From the NCBI GenBank assembly GCA_951406725.2, contig OX597814.1, positions 37,820,001 through 37,884,000 on the forward strand: a stretch of DNA of 64,000 bases, in the 5' to 3' direction. The notes below the pieces were generated by a model that saw only the letters and a program-made list of their open reading frames with translations, did not search any database and was not told where the DNA came from. The position numbers and the translations under genes are program-made. Shown in pieces: positions 1-11,060 of the stretch. Positions within the stretch are counted from its first letter, which is position 1. Every line of letters starts with the position of its first letter. The stretch comes from Octopus vulgaris. Lineage: Eukaryota.

Positions 1-454
1 CAATTCAACGTTTGATAAGCACGTGAGTCTTTATTCCAAGCAAATCTGTGCGATGTTCCTGCAGCAATTTGCTTCACTGTATGGGACAAGTGGCTGGCGC
101 ATTGCAAGATAAATTTCATTGCCTGTCTCGAGAGCTTGCCGCAAATTTCGGCAGCAGAATCGAAGCAGGCTATAGAGGTAGGCAATAAAATTCTTCAGAG
201 TTTTTCCGTAAAGTCCATAGCAACCATAAAATTTGGTAATCACATTTGCACTTTTTATCTCACCTACTAACCCTATTACTTAATCACCGTCATAGTTTTT
301 TTATGAACTGAAAGAGATTGTAAAATATCTTTATAATGTTCTACTAAATAGATAATTATGTGGTAAATGAAAGAAATCTCAATATTATTGTTAGTCATTT
401 CCTCCTCCTCCTTCGGATTATTATATGAATGGGACGTGATTAGTAGTATTTTCT

Positions 455-505
455 CAGCCTTTACGTCTGAGTTCAAATGCCGTCGAAGTCGACTCTACCA
501 TTCAA
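455..505 (+). mobile_element. short SINE fragment (same family as 36025, 51155)
   Basis: ctttacgtctgagttcaaatgccgtcgaagtcgact matches the B-box-like core seen in other copies in this window (e.g. reverse complement of 23985-24020). Confidence 0.45.
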
Positions 506-1259
506 TAGGCTATAGCAATTAACCTTAAATGCAGAGAACCGTCTTATGTATCCCAGATGTTCGCAATAACACTGTATGTGGTTGTGAAGTAATTTATTTG
601 TTGTACTAAATGGTGTTTATTTTTACTGCTGGGTGTGTATCCAATAGAAGTAATAAATATACATCAACAATAGGAATATGCGTAACACATATCATGTTTT
701 ATTAGTATGGAGCTTTGAAGTTACATGAAGAAGCGAGAATTGTGAAAATTATAATCTATCTCCAAGAGAAGATGTATATTCCGGTTATCTCCATATCTTA
801 AATCTTTTGCTGTCAGGCGTCATGCATATTTCCTCTATCCATCTGTTCGAATCTCTACGACTAGTTCCTAATGCACCTATAACTAGGGACATATTTTACT
901 AGCATTTTCCATAGTCTTGGTAAATAGGTTCTGGCACTTTCCTGTTTATCTACACCTCACATATTGACTTTTCCATCATTTGGGCCTGTAAATTATGTTA
1001 CCTGTAAAGTCAGCATGGTCAAATCCTACATTTCTACATCACTCTCAGTGCATTATTCTCCTTATTTCATCACGTTTTTTCTTCTATTCCTTCTGTACCA
1101 GTATACTTCATGCACTAACTACATATGAGTAACACTTTCTTCATAACCTAAATTGCGAATGTATAATTATTAACATCATGGAGTTGTTTATAAAGTTTAT
1201 ATATGTCACATCACTGCTCCTGCTCGTAGCCTTACGACGCAACACGTCGCCCTTCAGAA

Positions 1260-1860
1260 TATTGTTGACATCTGTATATTTTCTATTTGCACATTTATAT
1301 GCCAGAATATTGCTTTCTTATTGATGGTCTCATGCACCGGTCACCGCGGGTATCATTCTCATTTTTGAGGCTTGGTAGTTGTGTTCCATTCCTAATGCTT
1401 GTTCTTCGTACGTTTCCACTTCACAATATTTTAGTCAGCCGGTATAGCTACGACAATGTTGATCCTCATTTGCACGCCTTTCACAAAATATTGGTATCTG
1501 GTCGAATATGTTGGTTTCTTATCTGTACAGATTGGCGTATTCTACGTGCGTTCACCTGATCATCCTCCGCTAAGGGCAAAGGTTAGTTCTTTTACGACTT
1601 GTTGGAATATTTTGGACCATACATCCCCACAGATTCCGAATATATTCACAATAACACTCTGTCATAGCGCTTTGTTTGCTCCTTGTGAGCACGAATTGAG
1701 CTCACTAATTACATGTCAAACTATCTTGGAAGACTTTTCACATAATCTACTCTCTTGCCAAAAGTGTACTTAATAGAATTGATTTCTAACACTTGTTCTT
1801 GAGCATCAAGATTCAATGCTTCTGTGTTCTTTAAATATCTATATTCTAACCATTTCCAGG
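1260..1860 (-). mobile_element. degenerate R4/Dong-clade LINE, 3' part
   Basis: Minus strand reads WKWLEYRYLKNTEALNLDAQEQVLEINSIKY (cf. W.WL...LK.ETE..I.AAQEQ.L.TN..K), followed by RPD- and VAIPAD-like endonuclease remnants; adjoins a (CAT)n tract. Confidence 0.6.
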
Positions 1861-1894
1861 ATTCTTATTATTACTTCATGGATACTCATAGTTG

Positions 1895-1957
1895 TCGTCG
1901 TCGTCATCATCATCATCAGCAGCATCATCATTATCATCATCATCGTCATCATTATTA
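1895..1957. repeat. (CGT)/(CAT)n compound microsatellite
   Basis: direct sequence. Confidence 0.9.
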
Positions 1958-2196
1958 TGCAGCACTGAATTTTGTCAGTGAACAGGTCGCAGTCTCAAAG
2001 CGACGAAAATAATTTGGTAAATTAAATGTTGAAGTGAATCTAACGGTTTTTGTGTGTTTTTAAATGACTTATAAACACCTTTCACGCTGCAATTATTTTC
2101 ATTCAAGCATACGATCTCAGATCAGGTTACTTGCTATGCAAGTACATCTCCGTAATAATGATAATAATAATTATTATTATTATTATAATAATAATA

Positions 2197-4810
2197 TGGA
2201 CTCTGCCCGTTTTTTTCAAAGAGGAAAGACGTGTGTTCGTGAGCTATAAGTTTTTGATCAATTTTTACAGATAATATTGTTGTATCTGTAAAAATTTTCA
2301 TTCCTCTTATTAACATTTAAAACTTTTATAAATCTTATCATCTGACCATATTGTTGTATCTGTAATTGTTTTACAAATTTCTGTGGCCAGGCCGACTAGC
2401 CGCTTACCGAGTTGAGCCCGATTAGACCGGACGTTGCCCCTTTTGGGGCGAATTTTCAATTTAAATTTTTCATGTTTTCATTTTCAATTTCAACATTTTT
2501 AAAAATGTGTTTGGAGAAGATTTTTCCGTGTGCTGTCGGAAGACAGCCAAAAAGAGATTGAAAATTAATTGTCTCCGCCCACTAGGCGACTTCAAAGGTA
2601 GAAAGCGGGACGACCAAAGTCTTCCTAGCACGTGCAACGCTAAGCAACAGAAGAAAAAAGAAGAAAATATACGAGAGGTAGAAAAGGAATATAACAAGGA
2701 AATTCAGCTAATGAACGCTGCTAGCGTCGTAACACCTGTGAGTCCAAGTCCTCCCATTACCACCACTAACACTAACACATTGAACACTGAATAACAACAA
2801 CAGCAACAACAACAACCCAATTCATTAAACCGTTGCGGTTTTGCTTCAATAACAAAACCTTGAAACGAATTCATTAATGTTTTTGTAGAATCTCTCAAAG
2901 ACTACAAAACCATTTCAAAAAGAAAACACGAAAGATGTGTTTCGATAAACACATTTCCGGATATTATAGAAAAAATACATCATAGTGTGCAAAACTATAT
3001 CTTAATAAAAACATACGTTTAGAAACTCCCATGGAAAAATGTAGCTGAAAGATGCTTGCAACACATTTGGAACGACTTAAGATATCTGCCGAGGGGTAGG
3101 AAATATGGCACAATTGAAGTCAGATTTACTCGGAAAACGAAACAATGAACTTGTCCTAATACTTGGGACGGCGCGTCGCCAAGATAAAAATACTGGAGAC
3201 ACCACCAGTACTGCAAACAAGTTTGGCATACTAGAATAAATTTTGTAGGGCAGGTGTCTACTGTTGAGAAAGGATTCAAAGAAGAGGGAATTATTAGATA
3301 ATTTTATACTCATCACTCTGCTTAATGCAAACATGAAAATTATGGCCAAATTTTTAGTGGAGAGGTTGGCTATAACCCTTGAAACACACGCGCCTTCCGA
3401 AACAGGTCCATCCATGACAACATCCACCTCAAGCCCTACATCGTGTGTAGGGTAAGTAAGAATCCTGGCATGGTTGAGGGTCTGATCAATTTATATCAGT
3501 TAAAAGCCATTAATAGTGTTGACCAGCAATATCTGGCGGCTGTTTTCACGGCGGCGAGTTTCGGTCCGGATTTTTGCGGATAGATCGCTGCCATGTACAG
3601 CGATATTTGCTCAGTAATCAGGTGAATGGTTGCCTATCGGAATCATTCAACAACATGCGTTTGGTTCGTCAAGGGTGTCCACGCTCGTCTCTTCTGTATG
3701 TTCTGACCCTCAAGTCATTACTTCGGAAACTGGAGACATTGAAAGGTATCTCAAGTGAACTAGGATATGGCATACGCAGACGTCTTCGCCGTCAGTGTCA
3801 GACGACAAACACATAGACCTGGTCAAGCGCTGCTTTGAAAGAATATGAGGAAATAACGGAAGCAAAGTTTAATCCGAAGAAGTCAGTGGGCCTGCAGCTC
3901 GGCACCTGAAGAGGCAGATCCATGCCAACAAACCGCATTGTAGGAAGTTGGGCTGTCGGGCCCGTAAAATTGCTCTGGGTCTACTTCGGACCGGACCTCT
4001 AACTGGAGAAGAACTGGAGCAAGGTGACGAGCAGGGTAGCCAATCTCACCCACAAATGGGCCGAGAGAAAGCTATTCTACAATGGTCGAGCAGAGTTGGC
4101 TAACACCGGCTCAGTAATTTTGCATGTTCGAGGGAAACTCTATATGTACGGAAGTACCGTTAGTCAGACCTTCCCGAGATGAATGCAGAGCGACTAAACC
4201 GTTCCGCACGCCCTCGTCCAGTGTCTGAGTATATCTGATATAGAGGTTTATGTCGAACACCTGCAGTCATGTGTTGGTCATACCCGCTTGTCAGCTGATT
4301 CCAACATTATGATTTCCCCACCACCTTCCTTTGGCCAGCAAGGGGAGGCTATTTTCATCTGTTTCGTGGCTGTAGAGAAAGATGTTGTGTGGTGGTCTAG
4401 ACTGAAAAGGCTGAAGGCAAACAAATTTTTGCTTTGGCTTACCCCTCATCAGCTTTTTCAGATACCAACTGAAAAGAAATGTGAGGGTTGAAAGAGAAGT
4501 ACTGTCTTCCAGCAATTTTGTTAAAAGGTGGGTGCCTGGGGAGAAGATGGTCCGTATCTACATTAAGCATGCGCTTTTGAGTTTCCAAGGATGAGAGAGA
4601 GAGAGAGAGCGAGAGAGAGAAAGATGGGGTGAGGGCTGTTACCCTAGTGGTCATGGCGCTTGCGGATTTTCCGTGAGGGTTATCATGCAGCTTTTAGGCA
4701 TTTTGTTTCTTATATTTTTCATTGTTATTGATGCTTTACACGATACTTTATGTAACCTCAATTTGCCATTCATATTTTATAATGACCACCCTTGTGGCTA
4801 ATAAAGAATG
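2197..4810 (+). mobile_element. Tx1/L1-clade LINE relic (ORF1 remnant plus RT, internally deleted)
   Basis: RT motifs across frames: DNFILITLLNANMKIMAKFLVERL (3264-3455), KA..SVD.QYL, VNG.LSESF..VRQGCP.SSLLYVLTL (3574-3816). ORF1-like sequence at ~2900-3250 joins directly to RT with no endonuclease visible. Ends ccacccttgtggctaataaag then (CAT)n. 5' boundary uncertain. Confidence 0.8.
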
Positions 4811-4844
4811 GATTATCATCATCATCATCATCATCATCGTAATT

Positions 4845-5225
4845 ACTGACTGAGAGAGCAGTGGATGCCATCAAAATGACAAGCCCAGTATACCCACCAT
4901 GAGTAACCTTCTGCTAAGAGTAGAACAGGCACATGCATCACAACCATATGAGCGCAAAATGGTGATCTCACATCAATATTAAAATTGCATGACTTTGCAG
5001 GTGAGACCTTCTTAGAATTTTCTTCTGGTCGAGGAGCTCATCCTACACAAAAGGTCTCCGAATAAGAGCTATTTAAGGATGATGAATAAAACACCCATAT
5101 TTCTAGAGGTAAATTATTCAAAGACCAAAGAATTCTTCTCAACACATGGCTATGCTGCTCCCCCACTTTTTCTGCTTGTGGTCACATATCGTCAGCCATT
5201 AAAAGTACACTTTTAATCAGTTAAG
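4845..5225. mobile_element. unclassified interspersed repeat relic
   Basis: Resembles a high-copy cephalopod repeat as I recall it (gagagagcagtg.atgccatcaaa...ggcacatgcatcacaaccatatg...caacacatggctatg); not verifiable within this window. Confidence 0.4.
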
Positions 5226-5449
5226 AGGACAAGCGATGAAAACTATTGCATGATACTGCATCAGAGCATTTATTATTATTGTTGTTGTTGTTGTTGTTAT
5301 GTTTGGCTATTGACTTGTATTACTACAAATTCACTCCAAGTCTCACCCAGAGTCCTTAAACAGAGAAAAATGTTAAAACTAGGGTGCCATACATTTTGTT
5401 TTGCACAGTGTAGTTTTCTAGAGAATAGTTTTAAGTTAAGATGAGAATA

Positions 5450-6725
5450 AAAAGCTGTTTACTGTTATGTGTAAAACGTCTTTACTGTCATGTGTAAAAG
5501 GTGTTTAATGTAATGTGTAAAAAAAGGTGTTTGCTGTCGTCTGTAAAACGCGTTTGTTGTTATGTGTAAAAGGCGTTTGCTATTATGTGTAAAAGATGGG
5601 TGTTGTTAGTTATAAAATATGTTTGCTGTTAGGGCTAAAGTTGTCTGTTGGTATGTCTAAAGTTGGTTTCTATTATGTGTGAAATGTGTTTGCTGTTATT
5701 TTTAAAACGTGTAAAAGATGTTTCCTCTTAAGTGTAAACGGTTTTTGCTGTTATACGTAAAAGGCTTTTGCAGTTATATGTAAAATGCATTTGCTGTAAT
5801 GTGGATAATTGTTTGCTGTTATGTTAAATTTTGTTTGCTGTTATGTGTAAAATTGTTTACTGACATGCTAAAAAGTGTTTGCTGTAATATATAAAAGTTG
5901 TTAGGTGTTTCCTGTTATGAGTAAATCGCTTTTGCTGTTATGTAAAACCGTGTTTGCTGTTATGTGTAAAAGAAGTTTTTTGATATGTGTAAATGGTTTC
6001 GCTGTTATGTGTAAAACGTGTTTGCTATATGTTTAAAAGTTTTACCTGTTATGTAAGAGGTGCTTGCGTTTACATGGAAAATGTGCTTGGTGTTATTTTC
6101 TTTGCTGTTATGTGTATACACGTTATTTGCTGTTATTTCTAAAGGTGTTTGTTGTTATGTGTATAAGGTGTTTGTTGTGAAAAGATGATTGCTGTTATGC
6201 GTAAAGGTTGTTTGCTATTATATGTAAAAGGTGTTTGCTGTTAAGTGCAAAACGCGTTTGCCGTAATGTGTAAAAGGTGTTTTCTGTAAGTGATAAAATG
6301 TACTTGCAGTTATGTTAACAGTTGGTTGCTGTTATGTATAAAAGGCGTTTGCGGTTGTGTGTAAAAGTTGTTTGCTCCTATACGTAAAATGTATTTCCTC
6401 GTATGAGTAAACATGTTTGCTGTTATGTGTAAAAAGCCTTTTGTGTTATGTGTAAAAGGTGTATGCTGTTAGGAGTAAAATATGTTTGCTGTTAAGTGTA
6501 ACAGGTGTTTGCTTTTATGTGTAAGAAGTGTTTGCTCTGTAAATGTGTTTGTCGCTATTTGTAAAAGGTGTTTGCTGCTAAGTTTAAAAGTTGTTGGATA
6601 TGTGTAAAAGATGTTTGTTGTTATGTGTAAAGCGTGTTGCTGTTATGAGTAAAAGGTCTTTTCTGTAAGGTGTAAAAGCTGTTTACTGTTATGTCTGTTT
6701 GCTGCTTTGCGTAAAACGTTTTTGA
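5450..6725. repeat. minisatellite, ~23-bp unit GTAAAAGGTGTTTGCTGTTATGT, roughly 55 diverged copies
   Basis: Consecutive units visible, e.g. gtaaaacgtctttactgtcatgt / gtaaaaggtgtttaatgtaatgt; head-to-tail with no unique spacers. Confidence 0.95.
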
Positions 6726-6730
6726 TGTTA

Positions 6731-6807
<77 letters not shown>

Positions 6808-6840
6808 ACTGCTATTATTATTATCATTATTATTATTATA
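6731..6840. repeat. (ATT)n/(GTT)n compound microsatellite at the 3' end of a Dong-like LINE
   Basis: direct sequence. Confidence 0.95.
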
Positions 6841-6841
6841 G

Positions 6842-8065
6842 TTTTACTTCTCAGAACGTTCTGCCTTATCTGTCCTGGAAGATTCTGTGAAATCGGACAG
6901 CAGCCTGCTCTCAGAGGCCTCACAAATTCTCTTTATGCACATTATAAGCTTTGATACTTGATTGTTAATTATTGTATGAGACATTCAACATCCAAGGACC
7001 AATTTCACAAACCTAGCTGTTCCCAGTAGAGATTTTGGGGGGTTTGCTCTACTCTCATGTCAATTTTGATTGTCCTGACATATTTCTCGAATATGGCTGT
7101 TAGTGCCTGGAGTGTCCCTACATTCTCCTCATAATCCACATTCTTGCAATTTCATCTTTTAGCAGTATATACTTTTCAATATTTTCTACTTCTTTGTCAC
7201 TTATGCGTGTAACACAAGGTATTGCAATAACTATGATCATGGTTTCTTTTCGTCCTTTATCTACCACAGCAATATCTGGTATCCGTGCCTCAATTAGGGA
7301 GTCACATTGGATTGTAAAATCCCACAGTACCATATGTTCATTGTTTTCGGTGACTCTTGGTTCGTGTTCGTACCATTTCCGTACTCTGTTGAGGTCATTC
7401 TTTTCCCATAGCCTCCAGTGGACGAACTTTCCCACATTATTGTGTGTCCTTTTGTAGTGTTCTGGGGGCAACTTGCTACAGTTAGTCATAATATGTGACA
7501 TTGTTTCGTTTCTGCTGCCACACATTCTACGAGGTAGTATTCGCCACACTTATCTATTTCGAACTTGGTGTGATTTGTACGCAGAGCTTGTTCCTGGGCG
7601 CTGCATATCAATTCCTCCATGCATCCTTTTGTTAGCCCTCTCCAAGTGTTGATCATGTCTTTCCTTCGATTTCCCTGAGGTATTGCCCATGTAGCGGTAT
7701 CATTTTCCAGTTTTCTACTCTTTGTTTTTCATATTGCTTGTTAAATATTTGTTGGTACATCACATTTTCGGTAGGTATTATATTCTTAATTCTAACAGCG
7801 GCAAGCAATGATTCATTCTTCTGTTTGATGCACCTTTCCAGAATGTTCTTCTAATTGACAACACAGATCTTGCATCCTATAGACCTCTTCCACATAATAA
7901 CACCTGTGCCGTATCGTATTAAGGAGACAACCTGTGTATACATTGCCCTGATTTTGTTTCTTTACATTGAGTCTACATCTCATAATTAACTTGGTTGTAA
8001 GACAGTCTCTCCTAAAACTTACCTTCATTTTATTTTCCATGATTTTGTATTATTCTAAAGTCCAA

Positions 8066-8113
<48 letters not shown>

Positions 8114-9845
8114 ATTAGTCTCAATATCCTTGATTTTCTCTCCCTTTGGTAGCTTTACATCATCAGACGACACTATTTTGCCTCTTTGTATTATAAGTAT
8201 ACCACACTTGTTAGTCCCAAATTCTATTCCGAAATCCTTGCTGAACATCTACACTCTTGAAACTAAGCCATCTATTTCACGTTCGGTCTTTCCAAAGATC
8301 TTTAAATCATTCATATATAAACAGATGATTTAATTTTCATGCACATTTCAAGTTGTAACCTTATGTCAACCTCTGTAGAATCTGTGTGGGGGGTATTCAT
8401 ACAAACCAGGAACAGAAATGGTGATAGGCAATCTCCTCGGAATATGCTTCTCTTGAATTTAACCGTCACCAAAATGTTTCCACATGAAGTCAACTCTGTA
8501 TTCCTGTTTTTCATTCTCCTAATAAAATTTGATATGTCATCAGACACCTGTACCAGGTCCAGACTTTCTGAAATCCATGAATGGGGGACTATGTTAAAAG
8601 ATCTCTTATAATACATTCTCAGCCTGCCCAGATTAGTAAGTCTTTCCTTGCAGTCTTTCAGTAACATTCTGTCTATCGAAAGTGGGTTTTTTGCCCTTTT
8701 GCTTTTCCTTCTACACACTTTCTGCTCCACTGGTAGTTTGTAATTCATTTCCAGAAAGTTAGACATGTAATTAGATATTATTCCTGTCATCAGCTTCCAA
8801 ATCATTGACAGAGCAATGATAGGCAAGCAATTGTCTTTACAGGGATCCTTTTGGCAAAGAAATGCTTTTCCTGTGGTCAGCCATTTTGTGATTTGTACAC
8901 CATTGTTGATCGATTTATCCAAGTGCGTGACTATTCTTCCGTGTAGTACTGGGCAAATTTTCAACCAATATACTTATACCACATCCGGTCAAGTGCATTT
9001 CAATTTTTGGATCTTTGTTGTCTGTTCCGTTGCCATTTCATTCGTGATTCAAATATTACTCTTTTCCACTTCACATTTTTCCAACCTTAATTCCTTCAAC
9101 CATTTAGCATATTTGTTATGCTTGCTTATATTTTCCTCAAACGTTATTCCAAAACCTTTTACTTTCTTCAACATCTGGTCTGTTAAATTCTCCGCTTAGC
9201 TATTGATAAACTCTTTTCGGGTCTTGTCGGAACAATCTGTTGATTTTATATATTGTTCAATACTTTGGTAATATCTCCTGACCTTTGTCGCTTTAGCCGG
9301 CGATCTTTGTTTCAGATTCAAGAACTACATTTGGCCCCTTTTTACCACATCCTATATCTATATTTTAGTTCTTGATATTCCTCACTCACGATTTCTCTTT
9401 TTTGTCTTTCTTTCCAAGATGTTGATATGTTTTCGTAGTTCGTTCATTGACTGTTTTCTTCTTCTTTCCCACTAAGGTACATTTTCCTCAGTCCCACATT
9501 TACGGTTTATTTCAGGCCTACTTTATTTCTTATAAAGACAATGCTGACGTTAATCCATCTATTCGTTCCCGCTATATAATTTGTCTTGAATTCTTTCAGA
9601 ATTTTATTCACCTTGAGGGTCCACCACGTGAGCAACATTTTAGCTACTTTCCTGACTCTATTTATTTCCGCATCCAAGTTTTCCTTATTGATACTAGTAA
9701 TATCTTCGATCATTCCCTTGTCTTTATTATTTAGTCTTTCCTTGGACTCAGGGCTTGAGATATAATACTTCCACCAGTTACTCACATTAAGTGCAGCATC
9801 TAATCCTGCATCTCTCCCCGTGTTTTCGGTCAACTCCATCCCCCG

Positions 9846-9846
<1 letters not shown>
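6842..9846 (-). mobile_element. R4/Dong-clade LINE (RT, CCHC knuckle, restriction-like endonuclease), pseudogenised
   Basis: ORF 8311-8964: LCQKDP..KLMTGII..LPVEQKVCRRKS..VPHSWI..IFRGDCLSPFLF. ORF 8030-8248: FSKDFGIEFGTNKC. ORF 7118-7549: CG...ET.SHI...C..L, HNNV, WDFTIQCD..IEARIPDI.VVDK..AIP..EKY. Confidence 0.92.
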
Positions 9847-9912
<66 letters not shown>

Positions 9913-9916
9913 CATT

Positions 9917-9960
<44 letters not shown>

Positions 9961-9973
9961 TATTATTATTATT
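9847..9973. repeat. (ATT)n(CAT)n(ATT)n microsatellite
   Basis: direct sequence. Confidence 0.95.
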
Positions 9974-10130
9974 ACATCCGCCTTATCGAAGGTGAAGGTA
10001 TTATTTTCTGTCGTGTTTGCTTGTTTGTCCGTGTACAAGATATCTCAAGAATTGCGGGAAGGATTCCGATGAAACATTCAGTAATGTTTGGCCTTATAAC
10101 TGGCACGAACTGATAATATTTTGGGAATCT
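9974..10130 (+). mobile_element. Helentron-associated (HINE/DINE-1-like) non-autonomous element, 5' part
   Basis: Short subterminal inverted repeat ccgcctt-atcg-aaggtg, then (GTTT)-like tract gtttgcttgtttgtccgt and the typical gatatctcaagaa...ggattccgatgaaac core. Confidence 0.55.
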
Positions 10131-10844
10131 GCAACTTTATATTGATATAGTTCACATTTTGCGCAACATAACATCTAGTTAGAAGTGAATACCATCTATT
10201 GCGTTTTTACATTCACGTAGATAAAGGAAACATTATCTCTCTACTGTATCTAAACAATTCAGATATATCTATGACTCATCTAAGGAAACCCTTTCAGCGG
10301 TTTGGTTTAACATGTTTATTTACATGTCCGAAAATGTGAAAAGAAAAATAGAAAAATTAAAGAAGAGAAGATATGTAAAAGTACCTCCCATACAATTTTT
10401 GCTTTAGACCCACTTTGTAATAGAAATCAATTTATTATATTCCAGCAACGTATTTTAGTGTGAATGACATTGACATTTTTCGTTTCCTTAATCTAGATAT
10501 GCATTGTCATGAATTTCATTCGGATCCCAACTGGGACTAACATAAATCATTTGTTTCTTATGGAGAGGTAAGCGAGTGAAGAAGTTTCTCTACTCTATTT
10601 TAGAAACAGAATGCGATCATGTTCTAATCAATATTCTCTGTGCCCGTTGAGATTCTCATTTATGATAATTGGAATTGCAATTGGTTTGACCAAAATATTT
10701 TATCATTTTCATTTTTCTTAAATTTTTCACATTTAATTATTTTCTTTTCATTCATTTTTTTTCTCTCAAAAAGTTGAAAATATACAATAAGAATAAAACT
10801 GGGAAGTATAAACATAACAACAGTCACAAAAATAACAATAAAAA

Positions 10845-10845
<1 letters not shown>

Positions 10846-10889
<44 letters not shown>

Positions 10890-11010
10890 CACCACCACCA
10901 CCACTACTACTACTACTACGACTACCAATACTGCTGCGGCTACTGCTACTACTGCTACTACTACTATTACTACTACTACTGCTGCTGCTGCTGCTACTAC
11001 AACAACAACA

Positions 11011-11042
<32 letters not shown>

Positions 11043-11060
11043 TAATAATAATAATAATAA
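10846..11060. repeat. compound (ACT)n/(ACC)n/(GCT)n/(AAT)n microsatellite
   Basis: direct sequence; explains the poly-S/T/V pseudo-ORFs. Confidence 0.95.

Noticed and set aside
2382-2460. HDV-like ribozyme in the Tx1 5' region (hairpin followed by cgaa)
   Set aside because: Could not find P1/P2/P3 pairings for the nested double pseudoknot.
5450-6725. CRISPR-like array
   Set aside because: Units are head-to-tail with no unique spacers, there are no cas genes, and the context is eukaryotic.
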